From NCBI RefSeq assembly GCF_018350175.1, contig NC_058368.1:61320001-61384000 (forward strand): 64,000 nt of DNA, given 5' to 3'. How positions within the stretch are numbered: position 1 is the stretch's first letter; every line of letters begins with the position of its first letter. A program made the translations under genes and the position numbers. The stretch comes from Felis catus (Eukaryota). Of this stretch, positions 49,447-63,295 are shown one piece after another. The notes beneath the pieces were generated by a model that saw nothing but the letters and a program-made list of their open reading frames with translations, searched no databases and was not told the DNA's origin.

Positions 49447-51983
49447 GTCAGGTGCTTTACTGAAACAGAATGTACAAAAATACTGAAAACATTTTTTTTT
49501 TTTTAATGATAGGTGGCTATCCACATACATTTTGATTTTTCTGGGTAGGAAGAGAAGGATACAAATAATGTATTTGATGTAATCTTGTAGATTTTCAGGG
49601 CAAAACAGCCCATTTGACCTTATATACTGAAGATTGATACTTATTTGTTGTAAGATCTTAGAGTTAACTGAGTTTTATTTTATTGAGTATAATATGTTTT
49701 TTATTTAATTTAATATTTTGCTTTTACATAAGAAACATTTAAGCAGGAGATAGTACTCCTGAGAAATAAAAACTGACAGGGCTTCAAATACAAGGAACAG
49801 ACCACCACTGGGAGAGTTTTTCATAGCGGCCATGCAGCACTTATCGATTCGCTTTTATGGTCAGAACTTTCAAGGTTTATTTTGAACAGATACTGAAGGA
49901 CTCAATATTAAATAAAGTACTCAGAAATCAGTTTCTTGTGATATGTTAAAAGAATGTTGACTTTCAATAATACTTAGCATTTTAGTTTATGTCAGAATGT
50001 TAAAAAGGCAATGTTAAATCAAAATTCAAAAGAATCTGGTTAAATTTGAGATGAGATTCCCAGCAGGTGAAACAATATTTTCTAAGAGAAATCACTGTAT
50101 GGAATACAAAAGAGATATTGCATGTAAGGTTACATGGACAAAAGACTGCCAGAGCAATCATTTTGACCACACAATTTGATTCAGTTAGACAAAATAATTG
50201 TGCTAATAGTTGATGGTTTGTTTAAGGGAATTCAGTAATTTTGTCTTATGTTTTACTAGCACAATCATATTTTCTTAAACCTGTTATTGAATCATCAAAG
50301 TTATAGCTGGATACAAAAGAGAACCATGAGAGAAGGAAAAATCATATATAAGAGTTTGAGACAAAAATGATTGATTGATTGATTTACTTAGAAAAAAAAT
50401 GGAATATTTTTTCAAAAAAATATGAGAGCCCGCCACACAGGTGTGATCTCATCAAAAACTGGGTCAAATTATATTACCCACAAATATGGGTGGATCTTCT
50501 GAGCATGCTTAAACCTACAAAATCTCTGTAGATCTAAGAATATTGCTCATTTTTAAAGCAAAGGCATAAACAGGAAATCAATATAAATCAATATAAAGAA
50601 GTACAGATTGTGTAAGCAATTGCAGCTGAAAGTTACCATTCTCAATTTCAAATGCAGTCTCAGTTTCAGAAACTATTTAGGAAGAGAAAGTTCCATATGT
50701 CTTTTTTTTTTTTTTTTTTTTTTGTAATGAGAAATATGTTCAAGTAAAGATAAAGTAGAAGGTACTCTGTACTTTTTATAAAGACATAGGGAGCACAATT
50801 TGCCAAACTTTTTTTTTTTTCAAAAAGTCAATTAAGAAAGACATTTTAAAAATTATATCAGGGAAGTAGTTACATAGCAAGATTATGATGTAATGAAGTT
50901 TCTCATTTCTCCTTGTGAAGGATATTAATGTGGAATATATTAATCATTTTTAAACAATGAAAAGCCCTAGTTAGATTGGTAAAGTTTTTATATGTAATTT
51001 ATAGAGACAGTTGACAACAACATACATGTGTTTTTTGTTGTGGTCTAACTGTAGCATTTAGTGTATTCCGAGAAGCCTTGTCAACAATAAAAATGTTTGG
51101 GAGAATGAACCAAAGAATCAATCATGCTGTATTTAAAATGCCATTCTGGAAAATCTACTCATAACCCTTTACAGTAATTCTGATACAATCTATAAATAAT
51201 GCAATATAATTTCATTAAACAAAAAAGAAGTGGACTCTTTCTATGGAATGACTATTACTTAAGAGTATCTGATAGCAAAGCCCTCAAGGGTTACCAGGAA
51301 GCCTTCTGGCTTTTATTGTGTTTCTGTCCAGACAGAATTACTGTTAGTACTTTCTGACACTTTGCTTTTTTTTCTGCCATATTTTTTTAGAGTTGGTTTA
51401 AATATGTCTGAATTTAAGTAGTGAAACCAAATCTTAAGGGAATTATTTCCTCTGATAATTCTCAAACTAACACAACTAGTATATTGGGTTGTACAAGGAA
51501 ATTAGAAAATATTTTTTCCTTGAATATCTACAAGTCAGAATGGTAAATTGTTGGCTTAAAATTTTTGGGCAACAAAGAAACTTAATTTTTCATTCTTTAA
51601 AAACTTTTCATTATGGAAAAATTTAAAGATATTAAGAAGTGGAGGGAATAATATCATGACTGTGATCCATCCAGATCTCAGCTTCAGTAAATGTCAATTT
51701 TATTACATTTAGTACATTCCAACCGATTATTAGTTTGTATCAAATACAAACTTAAGATATTATCATACTACTAACATAAAATTCCTGTATATTATCATGT
51801 CTGGTCAGTGTTCACATTTACGTTTTACTTTGTTAGATTTGGAATTCAGATAAGGTCCATTACATTGCATTAGATTAAGTCTGAGGTCTCTTAATATGAG
51901 TTACTTCTCTTTCTATGTTTTTGTTCCTTGCTACATTTGGTTGACTTGGTTGAGGAAATAGTCTCGGTGTTGCTGCATTTTTA

Positions 51984-52201
51984 TTTTTATTGTTTTAAGT
52001 TTTTTATTTATTATTTACTTTTGACAAAGAGAGAGTGGAAGTAAGGAAGGGGCAGGGTGAGAGGGAGAATCTCAAGTAGTCTCTGTCTGTGCTGTCAGCA
52101 CAGAGCCCAGCATGGGTCTTAAACTCACTAAACTGTGAGATCATGACCTGAGGTGAACTCAAGAGTCTGACACTTAACCAACTGAGCCACCCAGATGACC
52201 C
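51984..52201 (-). mobile_element. Can-SINE
   Basis: TSD GTG(T/A)TGCTGCATTTTTA. Confidence 0.94.
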
Positions 52202-52229
52202 AGTGATGCTGCATTTTTATATATCTTCT

Positions 52230-55200
52230 AAGGAGATAATATCTCCCTGTCCATATACTCACCACAAAAAGAATAACTGTCATTGATGGAAAGGAGTATC
52301 TTCTTGATATAGCTCAGTGGAAAGAAAGCCCCTGATACAGTATCCTTCCTGCAGGAAGAGCAACCAGTCACCTGATAGCAGAAAATGACATTGGACCCGT
52401 TCCTTGAATAAGCAATCATCTGCCTTCACTGAAATACAGATATACCTTCCTACTTTAAGGTGTATTTATTTATTTTGTGAGGGAAAGAGAACATGTGTAT
52501 GATCAGGGAAGGGGCCGAGAGAGAGAGAAACAGAGAAACTCAAGCAGGCTCCATGCTGTCCATACAGAGCCTGACACAGGGCTCAATCTCACAAACTGAG
52601 ATCATGACGTGAGCTGAAATCAAGAGTAAGACACTTAACCGATGGAGCCATGCAGGTGCCCCCTTATTAATTTCAATGATTGAGTTAATGCCACCATCTG
52701 GATATTTAGGGAATACCTTATCCAGAGTTATGATACCCAACTCAACATTGCTCTGAAGAAATGTTTCACAACAAAAGATACACAGCAGTGTGTTCATGCC
52801 TATAGACTGTAATAATAGTATGGCAGAATTTTCTGAAAGACTGAAGTGCTGCATACTGGAAAGGTATTTCTAATATTTTACGGCACAACAAAAATGCTTG
52901 GATTCAAGGATCAAGTGGTGGAATTGAGTGTTGCGTCCCCCACTATTAGACTATAATTCCTCTGTATAGCCAAGTTATTATATTGAATTCTCTCAATTAT
53001 CTCATGCAATTTCCATTTTACTGAGTTGACCCTGATTGATACACTTAAAATGTATTTTTCAGTCTTTTTCAGAAAGACACATAATTTTGTAACCTTAACT
53101 GCATCTCGCAAAGCTCAAAGACCAAGCATCATAAGGTCCAGCTAAAATTTTGATGTAGCTCTGACATTTTTATTTTCTCTCATTTTTACTTTCTCTTTAT
53201 TGTGTTAGAAGGAAATTCAGTTCCAGTGGAGCTCAAGAAGTGATCTCAGTTCTGGCAGGTTTGCCTATCATAAATTGCAGTAGATCAGACTTAGCAAGAA
53301 AATGTTTATATGGCTGAGCTCATGTTTAGCCTCCACACAGCTAGTGTCATGGCAACTTTGTACATGGGTATATTGTGCATACACCAAGCTAAAATGACTG
53401 ATATCCATAGATCATAAAACATTGTCCATCTGATTCTTAAGAACTGACCCTGCTGTGTGTATTCTTTGGTAGACATTCAAATAGACACAAGTATCTTCAC
53501 ACCCTCTGTATGTAACTTTTGAAAAGTCCATCCACGTACCTCTTTTCTGGACCTTTAAGTAAACAATTTGCCAATCCTAGTCTTTCCAAGATTCTAATCA
53601 ACTGGTCAAACTTTTGAACACTGCTCTTGCATCACTGGGATTGGGTGATATTTTCAGTTAAAACAGGAAAATCGGTTGAAGGACTCAGAGTTCTGCCTAA
53701 AGGAGGTATTTCCTTTCACTACTGCATACCAGGAAGACTCTCAATATAAATGTTAATGCTGCACCAAAGGTTTCCATTCATGCATGCATATCAATGAACA
53801 CAATCTATAACCATTTTTTTTCTTTCTAAATCCACTGGTGTTGCGAAACTGTCCATGGGTCTATTGCTGTAGAATGAGGTAAGGTGGATATGTAGCAAGA
53901 CCACGTGCACTTGGAACCTGAGCCATATGCATCTGGAATTCATTTTTATCAAAAAGACCTATTCAATCCTGATCATGTATATACATTTTCAATTGAGGCT
54001 GGGTTACACTTCTAACTTGAATGATTTTATAATATTCAAATAATTATCAGTTTATTTGATTCTATGACAGATACTCATTTTTTACTATTTGAATAATGAG
54101 ACAGGACCTATTTCTCAAAACTAGAGGAAAAGAGCATGACCTTCTCCCAAACTCCGGAAGTTGATTTAGTGATTCCCTTATTAAGGCCATATAGTAGCTC
54201 TACACAATATTCTATATGTCAAGGATACATAGATTATATTTGGATCTGTTTGGTATGAGGCAAAAATAGAATAGTTTTCATAGCAGCTTGAAATTGCTGC
54301 AAAGCCTACCCTTGGTCTAAGCCCTACTCAAAATGGAACCTTATGGTTACCTTATTAGTAAGCCTCAGAAACACACTCATATGTGACTTTTAATGCCTCT
54401 AAAATTGAAAAAGCCCCATTAAGAACTATTCCTATTTTTTTTGGTCATAATCAGTGTAAGAAATAACAAACTCCCTTTTATTTTGGAGGGTCAAGATCTC
54501 TGGACAGAGATTTCCCTGACGTTGTGGATTCATGATCCATATTATTAATGGGTTTCTCTCTCATTTTCTGAGATACATACCATTGGTAAGGAACATTCAT
54601 CTTATAGACTTGCTGTTTTTTTTTTTTTTCAGTGCAATTAGCATGACATTATGAATTTAATCGGCCCCTGTGATTGTCCATGGGCTATAACTAAGGTCTT
54701 GGTAACCTTGATCAGTAGTACTGAAAGTAACCCATGGTGTAGGGCTGATTTGAAAACTATTTGTTATTGGGCCAGGAGATAAACACATTAATAGAAGTAA
54801 GCTTTTATTTACATTTTTAGAGACTGACATAAATCCACAGATTAAACATCAAATAGCACAGGGCAGATCATGGGCAAAAATAGGACAGTCAGCATAGTCC
54901 TGAGGCAAAACCATGAAATTGTACTGTCATCCCAACCAGATGATAGCAAACAATTTATGGTAATACATGTAAATTGGTATAAAGGAGAGGAAGCATTTGC
55001 CAGATCAATAGCTATAAACCAAGTGCTGGTTAAAATTTGTTCCAGGTGAGATAACATATCTGGAAAAGCATTTGCAAGTGTATCAGCCATCTGATTAAGT
55101 TTGTAATCCATAATTTATTGCTAACCTTCATCTACAGTAAAAGGGGTGTGATGGGTATCTTCCAAGTCTTTAATTGTGGCACTAATTTCTGCAGTTCCTT

Positions 55201-56560
55201 AAGATATAAACTATTCATTTGGTTCATTATCCTGATAAGAGTAATTTATAGTACTATTCATAATATAATAGCTAGGGTGAGCATTTTAATATATTGTGCA
55301 CCCCTGGACACTTTTCTAAGTGAAACAGGTGCAGTGATCACATCTGGACAGTAGGTGTAAATTGAGTATGGACAGAATGTATGGTAAATGAAAGTGTTTC
55401 TCAATCCCTAAACCCAGGATCCAATGTTGGGATTTTGGACTATGCCTATTATGATTATGGAAAAGAAAATATGAGGCATACCTACCAAAATTGAGACCCT
55501 GATACAGTATAGATTATGCTTATTCTAGTTATACCCTTAATATCTGATAAAGCAATTACAGCATGGGGCTGCAAGCCCACTATCCTACTGTGAGGTGGCC
55601 CAGTGTCAAAATTTCCTTTTGTCTTCTCACTGCCATAGTAGAGTGTTGATTTAGGTCCTCAGGAAATTGCATTATACTGAAGTTAATGTCTGTATATCCT
55701 CAAAAGTCTTGAATAATTCCTATTTTTTAGTATTCTGTCACCTTTATAAATGGTCTCAGTTCCTTTTGAGGTACCCTTGGAAGCATAATTACAACTTGTA
55801 TTTCTCAATACAACAGTTTGTATTTCCATAAGAAAATCTAGCCTCTCACTGAATCAAGGCATCACAGAACTTTGAATAGTCTAGACATTCCTTTAGTTTA
55901 TTACTTTTCACTGTGACAATACAAATATATCTTCTCTCATCCGAAATATTTTTCTATAATATATTTCAAGTAATAATTAGGATATTAATCTCGTATTTTA
56001 CTGCTAGTAATCTGTCATTAATTGCCCACTGCAAAGATGATGTCAAACAAAATATTTTGGTTACTACTTAATTGTTTCTGCCTATTATAGTATTTATGTT
56101 TGCTTTATAGTATTTATGTTTGCTTAATAATCTCTGATTATTAAGTACTAATATTTGTGTCCATTGCTCCTGATGTAATTATACTCGTGGAAATCATTTC
56201 ACTCATTTCACTGATGCCATTTCTTGTCATCATTTATGGTCTACAAAGCAGCTACAACAGAGTTTATGAGGATGATGTTACAGCCCTCATTAGTGCATCT
56301 TAAGTTTTAGTGAAGTGGATATATTCATGACCTGCCTGAGTATATATCAAGCAGGGGGTTTGTCAGTGGCACATGATGAATATACTCTAGCACTCCTATG
56401 TCTTAAACCTTTGGGATTTTTTCAGGACATTTTTAGTATCTCAACCAAATTGAATCTAAGCCAACACAATTGAATATCAAGTTTCAGTCAGTGTTTCAAA
56501 CTTTTGAGTCACTTCTAACTATGCAGGCTAGCTTTTAAATCCAAAATCATTAAGTATATC
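52230..56560 (-). mobile_element. ERV-L internal relic spanning gag to integrase, heavily decayed
   Basis: ORF 54842-55111(-) DYKLNQ..AFPDMLSHLEQI..TWFIAIDLANA is ERV-L RT; RNase H RGTWMDFS..VKILVS near 53480-53560; gag-like FTK..EG near 56280-56320. Confidence 0.8.
52454..52663 (-). mobile_element. Can-SINE inside the ERV-L relic
   Basis: Antisense head ends GGTGCCCCC. Confidence 0.93.
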
Positions 56561-56654
56561 CAAATTAAAAAATTAAACCTATTTCAGTGTTATATTACAT
56601 TATTCTAGGACTAACATTTTTAGAATCCATTCATGAAGTATTCTTGAGGCCATG

Positions 56655-56830
56655 TCTTCCTGTATTTGTCTGTCTCTCCATCATGGGAGGAGTGGTTTGC
56701 CCTCTGTCCTTCCCTCTATCAAGAGTCCAAGAAGAGTTGTTGATTTTTCAGTATGTTCAGCTTTTTACTTGTTAGGACAGAGTGGTGACTTCCAAGATCC
56801 TTACATGTGGAACAGGAAACTGAAAGTCTC
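56655..56830 (-). mobile_element. Old L1M (L1MC/MD-like) 5'-terminal fragment
   Basis: Aligns by eye with 15858-16018 (TGGGAGGAGTG.TTTGCCCT, AGAAGAGTTGTT, TGTTCAGCTT.TACTTGTTAGGAC). Confidence 0.7.
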
Positions 56831-56929
56831 CAGTATTTCTTAAATAAATACCACTCAATTTAGCAAACGTTGTCATCTTATACCTTAGAAAAAACTTTGG
56901 CCTCTGACATCTCTATTTACTGTTATCTA

Positions 56930-58250
56930 TTTCCTTACCCTTTTAGTAAGCTTCATGTAAGTGGAATCTGTCATTTACCTTCAAATATCTTGCTTGTCAA
57001 TTATTTCTCATTATATTGCAGTCTGATTTCTATCGTAATGATTTTGCTGAAACTGATGTTGACATAATTACCAAAAAACTTAAAAATTCTAGCCCAATAG
57101 ATAAATTTCATCCCTCTATTTTTATTGTCTATGTTGATATTGTGGATACACTACAATTTTCTTTATTTTCTGGTCACTCTTCTGATTTTCCTGTTTTTTA
57201 GCCTTTAAGACCCTTCTCACTCTGAGCATCATTTCTAGGTAATGGCCATATGCATTTATTCACTTACATTCTGAGAGTTGATTTTACTCATATCTTTATC
57301 CGTAATCAATATTTTTGTCTTTCCTAAAGCCATAAATTAAACTGCCCACTGAAGAGATATACGTGAGCAGCTCCTGATAGACTCCACCTTAATAATTCCC
57401 AGACTGATCTTATCCTGTCCACAACAGATCTTTTTTTACTTTCTCATGCTTCCTCAGTTACACAAGCTGGAGACATAAGCCTCACCCTTCACAACTCCTA
57501 TCATTACACAGACAGCCCATCAATTATCAAATTCCATTGACTCTATCTGAGAATTATTTGTTAGGTGCGTTCATTTTCCTACATACCACATGCCACTTCT
57601 TCATGTGCATCACCATTACCATTTTTCACTCGGATTCTCACAGCCATTCCAGATTCTTCCTACTACTGCTTTTCTTTTGTCCCATAATATATATACTCCT
57701 TAGTGAAGACATAAAAATGGTTCTAAAATGCAAATATCTCCATTACACTTGTCTGCCTAATAGTATTTAAGAGCTTCCATTACCCTGAGGAAAAAGTCCA
57801 AACATTTTAGTGTGCCGTTCCTTTATGAACTTATCCATGTTTATCCTTCTAGTCTTTTATAGGCCACTATTACTTCGTGTTAAATTTATAGTGACTTCCT
57901 TACTCCCCTCAAAATTTGTCATTCTTTAACTTCCCTTCTGGTGCCTACATTTGCTATTCTCTCTGCCTGTAACTCTCTTTCATTCTTTTATTTCTAGCAG
58001 AAATTCCTCTCATCCTCAAGAGCCACTGCGATACCAGTACACACATTATGTTGGCTTTTCCTCCTCTGTTTACCCTTATTCCCAAGAATATACCTAGTAT
58101 AGCATGTTTTACGTGGTGGTGTTATTGCAGTTTGCCTGTTTGTAACTCTAATATTCTGTAAACTTTTTGAGAGCAGGGAATATCATGTATCATTCTAATC
58201 ACAATGACTCACTTAGAGCTAAACCCATACTAAGCATGAGTTAAATGACT
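56930..58250 (+). mobile_element. LINE-2 3' relic
   Basis: TTCTAAAATGCAAAT, CTTCCATTACCCTGAGGAAAAAGTCCAAA, TGCTATTCTCTCTGCCTG and CTGTAAACTTTTTGAGAGCAGGGA occur in L2 order. Confidence 0.75.
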
Positions 58251-60126
58251 TTTATAAAGACAAGTTGAAGATAAGAAGGAAGTTCTCCAACAAAATATTA
58301 TCTCTAAAGAATATTTAAGTGGTTTTGTAATATCCACTGTGTATGGAGCTGAACAGAAAATATTTAGCTAGTAAACCAAAGTAAGAGTCAATATTGATCA
58401 AACTAGAACTTTAAGCTTACTACATATTTTGGCATATTTTTCTTGCCAAAGATGACTTCAACTTTTGCAAACTACACTATAGCACTTTGACTATAATCAC
58501 CAAGAAACTGCACCTATAAATATATTTTTTGGATTGTGTGTGTCATCACCAGTATAAAAATTAGTATATTTTTAGGTCAACTAGAGATTTCTACAAATTT
58601 AAACTGTATAATGATATTTTATATTGCATTTTCAATTAATAAAATATCATAATGGATTAAACATAAAATATGGATTTTTATATAAAATATACAATGAATG
58701 TTATATCTATTTTTAGATTGGGAAAATAAAATATTAAAGCAAATCAAATAATATTTGGTCTGAGAGAATCATTGATACCTTTTCTATTATTAATCAAGCA
58801 AAATAGATAACTTTAACAAAAATAAACAGTATACATTGAAAATATTTTCACGATGAGGCAAACATAAGTGTCAACATACACTTAGGTATTTCTCTAGAAA
58901 CTCCAACTTAACATTCTAAAGTTAAGTTTTGCCTCTCTTTAACTTCCTTCCCCAAGCTGATTTTTCTTTCTATTATTTCATCTGCGATTTATACAAAGCA
59001 GAAACCTGACTTTCACAGATGATTACTATTTTACCTTTACACTGACAACGTCATAAATAGCAAGACATTTTGATTCCATTTTCTGAATCTCTCCTTAGTG
59101 AATTCACAACATGAAATATTCTTCGACATTACTCTATTACTGCCAACAAAGTGTGCTTGACTTGCACGTATTTTAAAATAAGTGTGGTAGGCCTGTCTGA
59201 GGACTTTGACTTCACAGTTTACTTGTGACTCTCTAAACATTTATAAATGGAACATATAGAATATGTTCTTTTATATGGGGCTCCTGTATTATGTTCATGG
59301 GATTCATCCATTAGGTATGTGTAGTACATTTTAGTTTATTTTCATACTATATGGTATACATTAAAAGAATTGCATTCAATGAACATGACACATTTTATTT
59401 AGCATTCTGCTATTGTTGAACATTGGGTTTTTTTTTGTTTACCTGCTTTATTCCCCCCTAGATATTGATTCTAACAATAACGCTATTATGAACACACCAG
59501 TGTATATAGTATATATATTTTGGTGGATAATGTACACATTTTGGAGTGAGTATAAATAGGAAATAGAATTCTGGGTCACAGAGTATGGTTTTGGTATGTT
59601 ATACGCATTATATAACTTTCCCCCTAAATCTTTGTCCATCACCATAGTTTGTTTTCCCAGAATGCCATATAATTGCAATCATAATATATATTCCTTCAGA
59701 CTGCCATCTTTCTTTTAGCAGTATACATTTAAGATTCATCCATGTTTTTCAAGATCGGCAACTTATGTCTTTTTATCACTGTATAATATTCCATAGTATG
59801 AATCTGCCATCTATTGAAAAGCATTGTAGTTGTTTCAGGTTTTTTGGTGATTATAAATAAAACCATTAGAAACATTCACATGTAAGTTTTTGTATGGGAA
59901 TAAATTTTCAAATTATTTGCGTAAATAGGAGCGCGATTGCTGAATTCTAAGACTATAGTTAGCTTTTAAGAAGCTACTAAATTTTCTCCCAAAGAGGCTC
60001 TACCATTTTGCATTCCCACCAGCAATGATTAAGAGTTCCTGTTGCTCCATATCCAGACCAGCAATTGGTATTTTTAGGTATTTGGATTTTGGCCATTCTA
60101 ATCGGTGTATAGAAATATTGTTAGAG

Positions 60127-60348
60127 GGGCGCCTGGGTGGCGCAGTTGGTTAAGCGTCCGACTTCAGCCAGGTCACCGTCTCGCGGTCCGTGAGTTCGAG
60201 CCCCGCGTCAGGCTCTGGGCTGATGGCTCAGAGCCTGGAGCCTGTTTCCGATTCTGTGTCTCCCTCTCTCTCTGCCCCTCCCCCGTTCATGCTCTGTCTC
60301 TCTCTGTCCCAAAAATAAATAAACGTTGAAAAAAAAATTAAAAAAAAA
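60127..60348 (+). mobile_element. Young felid Can-SINE with perfect 16-bp TSD
   Basis: TSD AGAAATATTGTTAGAG at 60111-60126 and 60349-60364; CpGs intact. Confidence 0.98.
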
Positions 60349-60414
60349 AGAAATATTGTTAGAGATACAATTTTTAATATTTTCTTCTATACAGTAAATT
60401 TGATGAATTCATTT

Positions 60415-60728
60415 ATTATTTTTTTAAGTTTTTATTTAAATTCCAGTTAGTTAACATACAGTGTAATATTAATTTCAGGGGTACAATTTAGTTATTCAAT
60501 ACTTCCATACAACACCTGGTGTTTATCACAAGTGCCCTCCTTAATGCCCATCACCCATTTAACCCATCCCCCACTCACTTCCTCTCTGGTAACCATCAGT
60601 TTGTTCTCTACAGTCAAAACTATGTTTCTTGGTTTGTCTCCCTCTCTCTTTTTATTCCCATATGATCGTTTTTGTTTGTTTGTTTGTTTCTTAAATTCCA
60701 CATATAGAGTGAAATCATATGGCATTTC
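60415..60728 (-). mobile_element. Short carnivore L1 3' end
   Basis: Antisense of the 3' UTR also seen at 49170-49445 (GAGAACAAACTGATGGTTACCAGAG). Confidence 0.9.
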
Positions 60729-61391
60729 ATGTTCTTACATTTATTGCAATTAGTAGCAATTTTTTCTCTTATTGATGAAAAATACTCCTATTTTTTTTAA
60801 TTTACTACAAATTGTCCCTCTACTCTCCAGTTGATAGACATTAGAGTTGCGTCTAGTTTGGCACTATTATGAATAAAGCTTCTATAAACACCATTTGTTG
60901 AAGTGTCATTTTTCCTTGAATTTTATCTTGTCAGCTATATGGCACATTAATTGACCATGTATGTATACATATTCCTGTATTGTCTATTTTCTTCCATTGT
61001 GTGTATTTATTCTGACAGTACAATACTCTCTTGGTTGCTTTAACTATATGATAAGACTTATATGAAATAGGATTAGTCCTTCAATATTTCTGTATGCCTC
61101 CAGTTGTTTTGGCTATTTAGGTCCTTTGCTTTCTCATATAAATTTTTGAGCCAACTTTTCAGTGTCTCCAAAAAATGCTTCCTGGGCTTGGATTGATTGG
61201 CATTATATTGAGTCTATAGGTCAGTTTGAAGAGGGTAAACATCTAACTATATTGAATGTTCTGATCTCTGCATATATTTAGGTCTTATTTAATTTTTTCA
61301 ATAATTCTATGCATTGTAATTTTTGTCCTGTAAATCTTACAAATATTTTGTTTGATTCCCCTCAACATTTCATATTTTTATGCTATGGTAA

Positions 61392-61394
<3 letters not shown>

Positions 61395-61434
<40 letters not shown>
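61395..61434 (+). repeat. (TG)n microsatellite
   Basis: About 20 units. Confidence 0.98.
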
Positions 61435-61436
<2 letters not shown>

Positions 61437-62831
61437 TTATTTATTTACTGCTTATTTCTTCCTAGTTCATAAAAAGACAGCTGACTTTGCTTTTTGACCT
61501 TATGCTCTGCTACTTTAATAAATGCACTCCTTAGTTCTAGCAGAATTTTGATAAATTCTTTAGGATCTTCTGTGTAGACTATTATGTCATGTCTTAGATA
61601 GGATTCTTATCTAATACATTTTTATCTTCCTTATCAATCTGCATAGATCGTGTTGTTTCTTGCCTTATTGCATTGGCAATAAGGTTAATAAGGTTAATAA
61701 ACACACAATGTTTAATAAACACAATCAGTTCAGACATCGTTAAATTTTCCTGATTCTAGGTAAAGCATCCTGTCTTTCATTATTAAATATGATGTTATTA
61801 CCTGGAAGATATTTTTAAATGCCTGTTACTAGTTTGAGGCAGTTTCCTTCTATTTCTGGTTTATTGAGACAATGTTAAATATTATATATAAAAACAAATG
61901 TGTAGATAATGTGTGATTTTCAAGGATGTTATTTTCTGGCTTAGACAGTTTGCAGGCCAACTGCAGGCTTAGAAAGTTTGCAGTCTTTCTGGCAGGCAGT
62001 GGAGTAGGCACACTACTGAACTAGATCATCTTAATTCAGAGATTAGAATGATCCAGCCCTGAGCTTCAGTCACTGTATAGTCTGCTAACATTCTTTGAAA
62101 GGTATAATCCTGAATGCTTGGAGCATTCACTAGGGCCTTCTCAAGGTTAGCACACTTGCAGTCCATTCTTACTGTTAGTTCTTTCATCTTGGGGAGAAAA
62201 AAAAGTTCAGCTTCTCTTCTTCTCAACTCTGGGGATTGCCAAATGACCCTAGGAGAAAGATGCCTTAATCACCTCTTTTGGTTTCTCTTCTTTCTTGGAT
62301 TTTTTTACCTTATAAATTCTGAATACATTATTAGCTCTGTGATGCTTTCAAATAAATGAAAATAATTTGTCCCGGTTTTATAGTTAATACTAGCAGGAAA
62401 GTTGATTTGAAAAGCCTAGTTTGTAACTGCTAGAAAGGAAACTGAAAAGACTTGGAAAACAAAATAAAATGAAATAAAGATATCTCTGTGATTAATGCGG
62501 GAATTATTTACATTTTATTTTACTACTTCCACTAGCATATTCTAATGACAATATTCTAACCACATTAGCCATCTGTAAAATACAACTTTAATTATTAGCT
62601 TTTAATTTGGGGGGAACAATTGAAACATGATATACTTACACACCAAATGTTTGCTACTGGTTTTGCATTGAAATGTATAATATTATATAAGAAAAGATGT
62701 GCATTAGAGGGAAGTAAGTAAGTAAAAAAATGAGAAATGTGATTTTAGGTCATTTTGATCCTACTGAAAAGGTGATAAATGTTAAGAAAATCAACAAATA
62801 ACATATCGACAATTTCCTTTGGCCTATCACA

Positions 62832-63295
62832 TATATTTCTTGTCTGTGATGCTGTAATAAATTACCACAAACTTGTTGGCTTCAAACAAAGGAAATTTAG
62901 AACTGAGAGGCTAGAAGTCCAAAATCAGTTTCACTGGGCTAATTTCAGGTGCCAGTAGGGCTGGCCTCCCTCTAGAGGCTCTCAGGGAGGGTCCTTCTCT
63001 TGCTTCTTCCAGTTTACAGGGGCTGCCTTCAATCCTTTACTTGCAGCCACATCATTCTAATCTCATCCTCAGTGTCAAGCTACCTTCTGTATGGGGAAAT
63101 CATCTCCCTTTGGGTCCCTCTTACGAAGATACATGTGCATTTAGGGATCACACAGATAATCCAAGACTCTCTTCCCATCTCAAGATCTTCATCTTAATCA
63201 TATCTGCAATGTTCTGGTAAACTATATAACATTCACAGACTCCAGGGATTAGGGCATGAATGTATGTTTTTGGTGCCATCATTCAGCATACCACA
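62832..63295 (-). mobile_element. MaLR solo LTR (MLT1D-like)
   Basis: GCTGTAATAAATTACCACAAACTT..AGAAGTCCAAAATCAGTTTCACTGGGCTAA..CTTAATCATATCTGCAA..ATTCAGCATACCACA. Confidence 0.88.

Larger units (their letters stand above)
59240..61890 (-). mobile_element. Nested old L1M 3'/ORF2 relics
   Basis: GATTCATCCATGTT, ACCATTTTGCATTCCCACCAGCAAT, AGTTCTAGCAG..ATTCTTTAGGAT, GAGGCAGTTTCCTTCTATT; several fragments. Confidence 0.7.

Noticed and set aside
54842..55111. Domesticated reverse transcriptase gene
   Set aside because: It frameshifts after IDLANA, is interrupted by an insertion, and the YIDD motif near 54640-54660 is destroyed.
60127..60205. tRNA genes suggested by A/B-box motifs
   Set aside because: These are tRNA-derived SINE heads followed by SINE bodies, tails and TSDs.
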